Shown here one piece after another: positions 27,330 through 35,666 of a stretch of DNA of 64,000 bases; positions within the stretch are counted from its first letter, which is position 1; every line of letters begins with the position of its first letter. A program made the position numbers and the translations under genes. The stretch comes from an uncultured bacterium (GTDB lineage: Bacteria > Auribacterota > UBA3054 > JAPLST01). Below the pieces are notes generated by a model that made no database searches, was not told where the DNA came from, and worked only from the letters and a program-made list of their open reading frames with translations. The stretch lies in assembly GCA_964397565.1 (NCBI GenBank), contig CAYNJC010000017.1:15753-79752 (forward strand), written 5' to 3'.

Positions 27330-29351
27330 ATGAAACTCGCAACATCCATTCTTCTGACACTGGGATGCTTGTCCGCAGGCGCCGCTGAAGCGCACGCACC
27401 CGCAACGGGCACCACGACGCTGCAAGCGGTGGCCTTCCGGCCGTATCCAATCAAGGCGATCAAACCCGGCGGCTGGCTGGCCAAGCAGCTCAAGATCCAA
27501 GCCGATGGCATGAGCGGCCACTTGGACGAATTCTGGCCGGATCTGAAGGACAGCCGCTGGATCGGCGGAACAGGAACGCAGAACGACTGGGAGCGCATGC
27601 CGTACTGGCTGGACGGGGTCATCCCGCTGGCGTGGCAGCTTGACGATGCCCCGCTGAAAGCCCGGATCACCGGGTACATAGATCAGATCATCAAGCGTCA
27701 GGGGAAAGACGGCTGGATTGGCCCGAGGCCCGAGGAGCATAATAACTATAACGACCGGTGGGTGCAGCTTCTCCTGCTGAAGCTGCTGACGGTCTATTAC
27801 GACGCGAGTGGCGACGCGCGCGTTCCGGCCGTAGTGGAGAAGTCCCTGCGCTGCTTCGCGCGTTCCTTCAAGGAAGGGAAAGATTTGAGCGGATGGGGGC
27901 AGGATCGCGGCTTCGAGGGGCTTATTGCGGTGTACTGGCTGTATGAGAGAACCAAGGAGCCCTGGTTGCTGGACCTGGCCGAACAATTGCGTCAGCATAC
28001 CCTGGATTGGCAGAAGACATTCTCACACTGGGCCCATACCGGGCGCACGCCCACGGGCAAATGGAACAGGGAGGGCCATGTCGTCAACAACGCCATGGCC
28101 ATCAAGGCCGGCGCTCTGTATTGGCGACTGAGCGGCAAGGAGGCGGACCGGCAATTCGTGTATGAAATGATGGGCAAGCTCGATCAGTGTCACGGCATGC
28201 CCACCGGTGTGTTCAGCGGCGACGAATGCCTGGCTGGCTTGAGTGCGATCCAGGGCACGGAACTGTGTTCAGTGGTGGAATATATGTACACTCTGGAGTG
28301 CTTGATCTCCATCCTTGGCGATCCCTTGCTGGCCGACCGTCTGGAACGGATTGCTTACAATGCGCTACCAGCTACCATCTCGAAGAACATGTGGTCGCAC
28401 CAGTATGACCAGCAGGTGAACCAGATCGAATGCAGTGTCCGGACCAACCGTTCGTGGACCACCAACGCAGGGGATTCCAACATCTTCGGGTTAGAACCCA
28501 GTTTCGGATGCTGCACGGCGAACTTCAGCCAGGGCTGGCCGAAGTTCGCCGCTCATCTGTGGATGCAGACCGCAGACGGCGGCATCGCCGCCGTGGCCTA
28601 TGCGCCGTCCCGGCTAGTGACGCAGATCGGCACGGTGCCGGTGTCGGTGGAACTGGAGACCGGCTATCCCTTCCGCGACGAACTGCGCTTCACGGTGAGC
28701 GTCGCGCAGGCGGTGGATTTCCCCCTGCTGCTACGGATTCCGCAATGGGCGAAGCAGGCCACTTTGGAGATGGACGGCAAGAGCCAGCGCATCGAAGCGC
28801 CGGGCTCCTTCTACCGGATTCAGCGCCGCTGGCAAGGAAAGGTCGTGCTGACCCTGAAGCTGCCGATGAACCCCGAAGCCCTGCCGAGGCCGAACGGAGC
28901 CCTCTCCATCGCGCGCGGCCCGCTTGTGTATGGGCTCAAGATAGGAGAAGACTGGAAGCTGCTGAAGACGAAGGAGCCGAACCGCGAACTGCCGCATGCG
29001 GACTGGGAGGTTTATCCGACCACGTCGTGGAACTATGCACTGGCAACCTCGGGCAAAACTCTGGCTGGCGACATTTGCTTTAAGGAGCGGCCGCTTGGGG
29101 AGAAGGTTTTCTCTCCGGAGGGCGCCCCGGTGGTTGCCACCATCAAGGCCCGGCGTGTGTCGGAATGGCGTGAGGAAAACGGTTCCGCCCAGCCGACACC
29201 GGCCAGCCCCGTTGCCACGGCCGAGCCTAACGAACAGGTGACGCTCATTCCTTATGGATGCACCAGCTTGCGCATCGCGGAGTTCCCGCTGGCCGGGAGT
29301 CAAGCTGCCGGGAAAAGCGCGGGGGCGAAAACCCGAGGAGAAAAACCATGA
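27330..29351 (+). CDS. Secreted glycoside hydrolase family 127-like (DUF1680, beta-L-arabinofuranosidase-type)
   Basis: Signal peptide MKLATSILLTLGCLSAGAAEA. GTELCSVVEY (E-x-C) and FGCCTANFSQGWPKF (C-C) match the Zn/catalytic Cys arrangement known for GH127 HypBA1. Confidence 0.65.
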   Translation: MKLATSILLTLGCLSAGAAEAHAPATGTTTLQAVAFRPYPIKAIKPGGWLAKQLKIQADGMSGHLDEFWPDLKDSRWIGGTGTQNDWERMPYWLDGVIPLAWQLDDAPLKARITGYIDQIIKRQGKDGWIGPRPEEHNNYNDRWVQLLLLKLLTVYYDASGDARVPAVVEKSLRCFARSFKEGKDLSGWGQDRGFEGLIAVYWLYERTKEPWLLDLAEQLRQHTLDWQKTFSHWAHTGRTPTGKWNREGHVVNNAMAIKAGALYWRLSGKEADRQFVYEMMGKLDQCHGMPTGVFSGDECLAGLSAIQGTELCSVVEYMYTLECLISILGDPLLADRLERIAYNALPATISKNMWSHQYDQQVNQIECSVRTNRSWTTNAGDSNIFGLEPSFGCCTANFSQGWPKFAAHLWMQTADGGIAAVAYAPSRLVTQIGTVPVSVELETGYPFRDELRFTVSVAQAVDFPLLLRIPQWAKQATLEMDGKSQRIEAPGSFYRIQRRWQGKVVLTLKLPMNPEALPRPNGALSIARGPLVYGLKIGEDWKLLKTKEPNRELPHADWEVYPTTSWNYALATSGKTLAGDICFKERPLGEKVFSPEGAPVVATIKARRVSEWREENGSAQPTPASPVATAEPNEQVTLIPYGCTSLRIAEFPLAGSQAAGKSAGAKTRGEKP

Positions 29352-29404
29352 ACGCGCCAAAAACGCCTGCCTTGAATCTCGCCATCCTGATCGGCGGCGT
29401 CGAC

Positions 29405-29568
29405 AGTTGACAAATGCAACTTGGGTATCTGGCATCCACAATCAGCATTGCATGGTGATTGATCCCTGGCATCCGTGCAATCCGTGGTGGAACGCTGCTG
29501 GCAGAATTTTGACCATGGTTATTATGTGAGTGACTGGGCTGGGTGCTGCATGCCCCGCGCGGAGCGTC
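29405..29568 (+). repeat. Interspersed repeat, copy 2 (direct partner of 20754-20916)
   Basis: See 20754-20916. It starts about 50 nt after the GH127 stop. Confidence 0.75.
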
Positions 29569-29571
29569 GAA

Positions 29572-30055
29572 GGGGAACGCGGCACGCCCGTGCCGCTGAG
29601 CGGCGGCGGGATTTCCAGATCCCGCCATGTTCTCGTGCAGCACGACAATGTGGGTTGCAGAGATGCGGAAGTTGTCGGCGGTTTCCTGCACGGCGCCTTC
29701 CAGCAGAAAGTGCGATCGGGCGATCGCACCTACCTTCAGCCGATCGGGCGATCGGCGCTCCCTTCGCGGCGTGGCAGCGGTGCAGCAGATGCGCGACGCG
29801 GTGTTTGCGCATCGACGTGGCTGCTGTGACAGTCCGGCAGTGGTGCCGAGGGGAACGCGGCACACCCGTGCCGCTGAGCGGTGGCGGGATTTCCATATCC
29901 CGCCAAGTTCTCATGCGACACGACAATTCAAGGTTGCAGAAGTGCAGAAGTTGCTGGCGGTTCCGTGTATGTGCCTTCCGCCGGAGACTGCGATCGGGCG
30001 ATCGCAGCTACCTTCAGCCGATCGGGCGATCGGCGTTCCCTTCGCGGCGTGGCAG
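29572..30055 (+). repeat. Two tandem copies (period 278 bp) of a 206-bp multi-palindrome module
   Basis: Modules at 29572-29777 and 29850-30055. Each contains gcggcacgcccgtgccgc, ggcgggatttcc(a/t)(g/a)atcccgcc, gcgatcgggcgatcgc and gccgatcgggcgatcggc palindromes. Confidence 0.85.
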
Positions 30056-30440
30056 TCGCGCATGAACGCGGATGGGCGCATTAACATTTACAGAGCACAA
30101 ACCTGTTGATTGCTCGGCGTGTTCAGCGCCTCGGCGGTGAATCTGTTCTGACTCCAGCGCAGATCGCCAGCTGAACTGGCTCCCACTCTGCCGAGATGCA
30201 GCGGGTCCAGGCATGGAGTTTGCCGTTTTACATATCCATTCCTCCATTCTTCCATCCCTGTAGATGAGTAGATGAAGCACGGCACCCGGCCCCACGGACA
30301 CTACGGTGCTGAACTCCAAATTCATTCGCCGCGAACGAATTTACGCAGCAGCAACCCTCCATTCCTCCATTCCTCCAGCCTTTCACTCGCCGCCGACGCT
30401 TGCCTCACCACGGAAATTTTGTTACACTACCCGCACGACT

Positions 30441-31205
30441 ATGAAGCTCTGCCTGTTGGCCTGTAATGTTTTTCTGCGCGAAGCGTGCCACTGCCTGGTG
30501 CGTTCACCGCATGTGATTGATCCCCTCTTTCTCGAACTGGGCGAACACGCCCGGCCAGATGGTTTACGCGCCATGCTCCAGGCGAAGATTGACGAATGCA
30601 GCGCGGCGCCGCGTGGCTATGACGCCATTTGCCTGCTGTACGGCCTGTGCGGCAATGCGACCAACGGCTTGGTTGCGCGTTCGATTCCACTGGTCCTGCC
30701 GCGCGCGCATGATTGCTGTACCGTGCTGCTGGGCTCGAAGCACCGTTTTCGCGAACTGTTCGGCGATAATCCCAGCACGCCGTTCAGTTCGGTTGGCTAT
30801 GCCGAGCGCGGCGATTATTATTTGCGCCTCGACGAGGGCATGCCGACGGTGCATTGCGGCGATGGGTATGCCGAGCTGGTTGCGCGCTATGGCGAGGAGA
30901 ACGCGCGCTATGTCTGGGAGACGATGCATCCCACCGGCGCGGCGGCCAGCCACAAAGCCGTCTTCATCGAATTTGACGAGACCGCCCATCTCGGTCTGGC
31001 GCAGCGCGTCCGCCAGCAGGCCGAACAGGAGCAGAAGGAGTTTACTTTGTTGCGCGGCGACTTGCGCTTGATCCGGGCCTTGCTCGACGGCGCATGGTCT
31101 GACGAGGATTTTCTGGTCGTGCCGCCCGGTCAGTCTGTCGCGGCCGTGTACGACTGGGACACGATTGTGCGCGCCGAACCCTTGCCTGGAGTTGCACCAT
31201 GCTGA
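30441..31205 (+). CDS. DUF1638 domain-containing protein
   Basis: MKLCLLACNVFLREACH... and YDAICLLYGLCGNATNGL match the DUF1638 pattern as recalled. The start is taken at the internal ATG at 30441; upstream track sequence lies in repeats. Confidence 0.55.
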   Translation: MKLCLLACNVFLREACHCLVRSPHVIDPLFLELGEHARPDGLRAMLQAKIDECSAAPRGYDAICLLYGLCGNATNGLVARSIPLVLPRAHDCCTVLLGSKHRFRELFGDNPSTPFSSVGYAERGDYYLRLDEGMPTVHCGDGYAELVARYGEENARYVWETMHPTGAAASHKAVFIEFDETAHLGLAQRVRQQAEQEQKEFTLLRGDLRLIRALLDGAWSDEDFLVVPPGQSVAAVYDWDTIVRAEPLPGVAPC

Positions 31206-31891
31206 TGGACTGGTTGCATTCAGAAACGTCGGATTACGTCTTGCGCATCTGCGCGGCCGCGCTGTGCGGCGGGATTATCGGCTTTGAACGCGACCGGCAC
31301 GGCAAAGCCGCCGGCGTGCGCACGCACCTGCTGGTCTCGGTTGGCTCGGCGCTCTTCACCGTCATGTCGTTTGTCATTGCCGCCGCCGCTGGCCAAGCCA
31401 GTGATCCCGGCCGGATCGCCGCGCAGGTGGTCACCGGCATGGGCTTTCTCGGCGCCGGCACGATTATGAAGGAAGGCATGAATGTGCGCGGCCTGACCAC
31501 GGCCGCCTGTTTGTGGACCGTGTCTGCCATCGGCATGACCTGCGGCGCGGCGCGTTATGGCCTGGCGGGCGCCGCGACCCTGCTGACGATCGGCTTCTTG
31601 ATTGGCTTGAATTATTTCGAACAGTTGTATCACAAGGACATTGATCGCATGCTGAAAATCACGTGCGCCCACTCGGTTGACGTGGCCACCGTGATTGCCT
31701 GCGTCAAACAGCATAATTTGGTGATTGATTCGCTCGATTTGAGCCGCAATTACGACGACGACACCACGGTCATCCGCCTGCTGCTGCACATGCACAGCAG
31801 CACGTTTACCGACGCCCAGTCGAGCGCGCTGGTCAACAGCATCGAGGAATGCGGGGTAAAACTGAAGTCGGTCAAGTGGGAGCGGCCGTGA
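31199..31891 (+). CDS. MgtC/SapB family membrane protein
   Basis: LRICAAALCGGIIGFERDRHGKAAGVRTHLLVSVGSALFTV...GMGFLGAGTIM: canonical MgtC N-terminal domain plus a soluble C-terminal domain. Confidence 0.8.
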   Translation: MLMDWLHSETSDYVLRICAAALCGGIIGFERDRHGKAAGVRTHLLVSVGSALFTVMSFVIAAAAGQASDPGRIAAQVVTGMGFLGAGTIMKEGMNVRGLTTAACLWTVSAIGMTCGAARYGLAGAATLLTIGFLIGLNYFEQLYHKDIDRMLKITCAHSVDVATVIACVKQHNLVIDSLDLSRNYDDDTTVIRLLLHMHSSTFTDAQSSALVNSIEECGVKLKSVKWERP

Positions 31892-32140
31892 GTGGTGAGT
31901 GATCGGTGATCGGTGCGGCGGTGGCAGGTGGCGAGTATCTGAACCCAGAACTATGGACACCTTCATCCTTCTACAATCCTTAATCATCATTCGTCAATCA
32001 CTGCGATTGAAAATTGACGATCAACGATTGAAGAAGTACGAAGTAAAGACTTGAACCCTGAAGGTGGTCGGTGCGGCGGTGCGGCGGTGTTCGGTATTCA
32101 GTCGCTGCCTGAGCCCTGAACCCTGAACCCTGAACCCTGC
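31888..32140. repeat. Block of degenerate heptanucleotide-periodic tandem repeats
   Basis: gtgagtg gtgagtg atcggtg atcggtg...; cgattga aaattga cgatcaa cgattga...; ccctgaa x3.7 at 32114-32139. Confidence 0.8.
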
Positions 32141-32154
32141 AGCACCCAAGATGT

Positions 32155-32281
32155 TACTAATGAATGCGCTTACTAGGTGTCATGCCAATTGTGGCCGCGG
32201 GCGCTGACCGCGGCTGCAGAAGCCGCCCTCACCGCGGGCGGCTACAAGGACGCTGCAACGTAGAAAGCGCATTCATTAGTA
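32155..32281. mobile_element. MITE-like element, copy B (127 bp, 16-bp perfect TIRs)
   Basis: tactaatgaatgcgct ... agcgcattcattagta. TA dinucleotides form the outermost bases on both sides. An uninterrupted version of the flanking sequence occurs at about 32440-32505. Confidence 0.7.
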
Positions 32282-32678
32282 TATGGTCACGAAGACACGA
32301 AGAAATCGCAACTGCGAGCATTGATTATTGTGCAGCCGCAGCCTGCTGCGCTTTAGCCACTACCACCGTTATTGTTGTTGCTGTTTCTTCTTCGTGTCTT
32401 CGTGCCTTTGTGGCAAATTTATCTGCTTCCGCCCTGAATCCTGAACCCTGCAGCACCTAAGATATTATGGCCACGAAGTCACGAAGACGCGAAGAAAGCG
32501 CAGGCATAGGGTAGGCGCCGGAACTCACTCCGGCGGGCAGGCGCAGCGACAGCACTTTCACCGCCGAGGCGCGGAGCACGCTGAGCAATCAGCAGGCTTG
32601 TGCTCTGCAAGTGGAAATCCGCTGCATCGGCGTCCATCCGCGTTCATCTGTGGCGAAACTATCTGCCAATAGTGTTTG

Positions 32679-32713
32679 CTACCGAATACTGAACACCGAA
32701 TATTGAATACTCA
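32679..32713. repeat. Heptamer tandem repeat (taccgaa tactgaa caccgaa tattgaa tactcat)
   Basis: Five 7-bp units directly downstream of the SpoIID-like gene's 3' end. Confidence 0.8.
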
Positions 32714-32736
32714 TGCCTGTCACAGGCATGCGCGCG

Positions 32737-33933
32737 TCAGCGCGTGATTTCCGCACCCGGGTAGAAATACAGCACAATCTGCTTGTAGGTGTAGCCGCGG
32801 TCGGCCATGCCCTTGCTGCTCCACTGGCACAAGCCGACGCCGTGGCCCCAGCCGCGCCCGGCAAATTCGAGTCGGTCGCCGCGGATGGCCACATTGAAGA
32901 GGGTTGACTTCAGTTTGTCATAACCGAGGATGCGGCGGCAGTCTTCGCCGCTGAGCTCGCACGCGCCGCGCGCCGAGCTGAACTGCAGGCGCGCCACGCG
33001 CCCGCTTGGGTAGCGCTGCAGGACGCGGACAGCGGTGATCGGCCCGCCCGGCGCCTTGCCATCCTGGCGCAGTTTTTCGCCACAGTTGAGCAGCGCCACG
33101 GAATAGCGCCAGAAATGATGCGGCGAATCGTTTTCAAAGTTGGAGCTGACCCCGCGCGGGCTGTTCTTCACATCCGGGAAAATCAAGCGGGCCTCCTCGG
33201 TGCGGCCGCCGCAACTGGTGTGGAAGAATGTGCACAGGACATCGCCATTATACGAGAGAATCTCACCGCGTGTGTCCTGCACGGCCTTGCTGGTGCGCGG
33301 GTCTTCGGCACTGGCGCCGCCATAGAGTTGATGCATCGGCGCGATCAGATCATAATCATTCTTGCTGCCGTGGCGCATGTGATAGACGGCGAAACTGCGG
33401 CTGGCCACCGCTTGCGCGCACAGGGCCGCGTCCGGCCACGACGCGAACGTCTCGCGCGGAACCACGCCCATCAGATACTCTTCCAGATCAAGGTTGTTGA
33501 CCACCGTCAGCGTGCCGGCCTTGCCGACCAGTTCAAGCGCGCCGCGATACAAGGTATTGTTGACCCACAGGCTTTGCGGCATATCCGGCACGATGGCCAG
33601 GCGGGACGTGCCCAGTGCGCGGCCGTTCATGACAATGCCGCCGCCCGCACTTGTGCAGGTGGCGGCCAGGGTCGCAAAGCGTTCCACGGTGCGGCGCCGC
33701 ACGCGGTCATACAGCACGCCCGGCCCGGCAACTTTGAGCGTGACACTCGGCGCATTCAGCGCCAGCGCGACGCGCACCGTCTGGCGCGGCGCGGGTGCAC
33801 GAATGGCCTCGCCAATCGGCCCGGGCAGCGCCTCACGCATGCTGCTGCAGCCAGCCAGCAGCAGGGCAACCGTAGCAAGCACGAGCGCCGCCGGGCCGGT
33901 GGCGCCAGACCCAGCTCCGGCAACGCGCAGCAT
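32737..33933 (-). CDS. SpoIID/LytB domain lipoprotein
   Basis: Internal start MLRVAGAG...LVLATVALLLAGCSS (lipobox). SpoIID blocks YLMGVVPRE, CTFFHTSCGGRTE, GHGVGLCQWSSKGMADRGYTYKQIVLYFYPGAEI. Confidence 0.8.
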   Translation of the reverse strand: MLRVAGAGSGATGPAALVLATVALLLAGCSSMREALPGPIGEAIRAPAPRQTVRVALALNAPSVTLKVAGPGVLYDRVRRRTVERFATLAATCTSAGGGIVMNGRALGTSRLAIVPDMPQSLWVNNTLYRGALELVGKAGTLTVVNNLDLEEYLMGVVPRETFASWPDAALCAQAVASRSFAVYHMRHGSKNDYDLIAPMHQLYGGASAEDPRTSKAVQDTRGEILSYNGDVLCTFFHTSCGGRTEEARLIFPDVKNSPRGVSSNFENDSPHHFWRYSVALLNCGEKLRQDGKAPGGPITAVRVLQRYPSGRVARLQFSSARGACELSGEDCRRILGYDKLKSTLFNVAIRGDRLEFAGRGWGHGVGLCQWSSKGMADRGYTYKQIVLYFYPGAEITR

Positions 33934-34046
33934 CTGCAGATAACGCGGCGGGACGCCGCGTCTACTGTGCAGCGTCGTCAGCACAGGGTTCGCGGGAGCG
34001 CCTGCGTCTGGCGGGCACGGCCAATACTTACATCGCGGGTACAGTG

Positions 34047-35060
34047 TCATCGCACCAGGCGAATACGCTTGATCGGCAGATACACGACCCAGGCCTTGCC
34101 CTTGACCAATTCAAGCGGCGCAAAGCCCCAGTAGCGACTGTCCAGCGAATGCGCGCTGTTGTCGCCCATCATGAAGAAGCAATTCGTCGGCACGCGCACT
34201 TCGCTTTCAATCGGATCGCCAATGCTGGCGCTGCGCTGCATGCCCGCCTCAACCTCGCGATAGCGCGTGCCATTGACATAGACCGCATCCTTGATCGCCG
34301 TGCAGCCAGTCTCTTCCATCAGCTTGAGCAATTGCATGCGCGCATAGGGCGAGACCAGCTCCACCAGCAGTTCGCCATTATTGCGCAACGTGCCGATGAG
34401 TTGCGGCAGCGTGGGCGCGCCCCGCGGGCTATTCAATATTTTGCAGACAGCGGATGCCATCGTCGGATTAGTTGCCAGGATATTTGCCAGCTTATTTTCC
34501 ATAATTTTGGACACTTGGCGGCGCACTTCCGCATAATGCGTGGACAGCAGGCCGACATTCGAATAACGCACATAGCTGGCCGTGGCCGGCGAGTTGGTGA
34601 CGATCCAGCCATTCACAAACAGGTGCCCGTCACGGATGGTCACGCGGTCGCCGGATGCGCCGGCACAGCGCTTGATGTAGTCGATCGCCGGATCAACCGG
34701 GTTTTCGAACACCACCACATCGCCGACGCGCGGCGCGTGCATGCCGCCAAAGCACAAGCGCTGATAGGGCATCTGAATGCGCCAGTTCAGCAGCGGCACT
34801 TTGATCGTGCCGCTCAACCCATAGGGAAAGCGCAGCACCAGCAGATGATCGCCAAAGCCGCGGCCCAGGTCATTCGCCCCATACAACGTTGGTTCCATCG
34901 AACCGGTCGGAATCTTAAACAGCTCGATCGTGTTGGATTTGATGAACAACGCCAGCGGAATAATGATCAGCAATTGGAGGATAGTCGAGAGCGCGTGGCG
35001 CCAGCCGCTCGGCGGCGGCGCGGCGGGCGTGGCGGGCATACGGGGAACGGCAGCTTTCAT
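34047..35060 (-). CDS. lepB: Signal peptidase I (S26)
   Basis: PTGSMEPTL (Ser box), DYIKRC (Lys box), FMMGDNSAHSLDSRYWGFAP. ATG at 35060; the track start at 35066 is TTG. Confidence 0.88.
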   Translation of the reverse strand: MKAAVPRMPATPAAPPPSGWRHALSTILQLLIIIPLALFIKSNTIELFKIPTGSMEPTLYGANDLGRGFGDHLLVLRFPYGLSGTIKVPLLNWRIQMPYQRLCFGGMHAPRVGDVVVFENPVDPAIDYIKRCAGASGDRVTIRDGHLFVNGWIVTNSPATASYVRYSNVGLLSTHYAEVRRQVSKIMENKLANILATNPTMASAVCKILNSPRGAPTLPQLIGTLRNNGELLVELVSPYARMQLLKLMEETGCTAIKDAVYVNGTRYREVEAGMQRSASIGDPIESEVRVPTNCFFMMGDNSAHSLDSRYWGFAPLELVKGKAWVVYLPIKRIRLVR

Positions 35061-35198
35061 GCACAAGTCCTATCGGTGAAAACAAAAAGGATATTATACA
35101 ATTTTTGTCCGATTTTGGCTTGCCAACATTGCCCGCTGTAACGCCAACACGGCAGCGCAGTAGAATTATACGCCGGGCACGGCTGCGCGCCGCACGCA

Positions 35199-35534
35199 CT
35201 TCCGCGCGATGTGCTGCACGCCGCACGCCGTGCGTCGGCTACGGGCAGAGATACCAGTTCCGCGCCCATCCCGCAATGTAGCCGCGGAACGGCGTTCCGC
35301 GTGATGTGCTGCACGCCGCACGCCGTGCGGCGATGGGAGCGCCGATCGCCGGATCGGCTGAAGGTAAGTGCGATCTCCCGATCGCATCCCTTGTCGCACG
35401 GGCGGGATATGGAAATCCCGCCGCCACTCAGCGGCACGGGCGTGCCGCGCTCCCCTCGGCAGCCGGCCGGCGGAGCGGCGTTCCGCGTGATGTGCTGCAC
35501 GCCGCACGCCGTGCGTCGGCTACGGGCAGAGATA
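35199..35534 (-). repeat. Inverted-orientation copies of the 278-bp-period repeat family seen at 29572-30055
   Basis: ggcgggatatggaaatcccgccgccactcagcggcacgggcgtgccgcgctcccc (35400-35455) is the reverse complement of the module start. The motif gcgttccgcgtgatgtgctgcacgccgcacgccgtgcg occurs at 35199, 35292 and 35477, and copies 1 and 3 are again 278 bp apart. Confidence 0.8.
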
Positions 35535-35607
35535 CGCGAGCGGCGCGAAGGAAAAGCCGATCATCGCTTTTTGAAGCATGCAACACTTGATGTTTTTCTT
35601 GTTCTGC

Positions 35608-35645
35608 ATTCATCATTCATCATTCATCACTCATCATTCATCATT
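35608..35645. repeat. Heptamer tandem repeat (attcatc x5.4)
   Basis: attcatc attcatc attcatc actcatc attcatc att, just downstream of the OYE-like gene. Confidence 0.85.
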
Positions 35646-35666
35646 TCTGCAGAACCCTGAATCTCT

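Noticed and set aside
29572-30055. Possible CRISPR array, given the repeated palindromic units.
   Set aside because: Only two units are present. Each is 206 bp, separated by a 72-bp linker, and each contains several different palindromes. No cas genes or short regular repeat-spacer periodicity are present. It is called an interspersed/tandem repeat family instead.
29245-30109. Several 90-200-aa ORFs on both strands (e.g. 29245..29865 -, 29475..30065 +, 29627..30109 +), and similar ORFs at 35057..35660.
   Set aside because: They lie entirely within repeat DNA and overlap each other in multiple frames. They are Arg/Ala/Gly-rich, as expected of random high-GC frames. Their similarity between copies follows from DNA repetition, not protein conservation.
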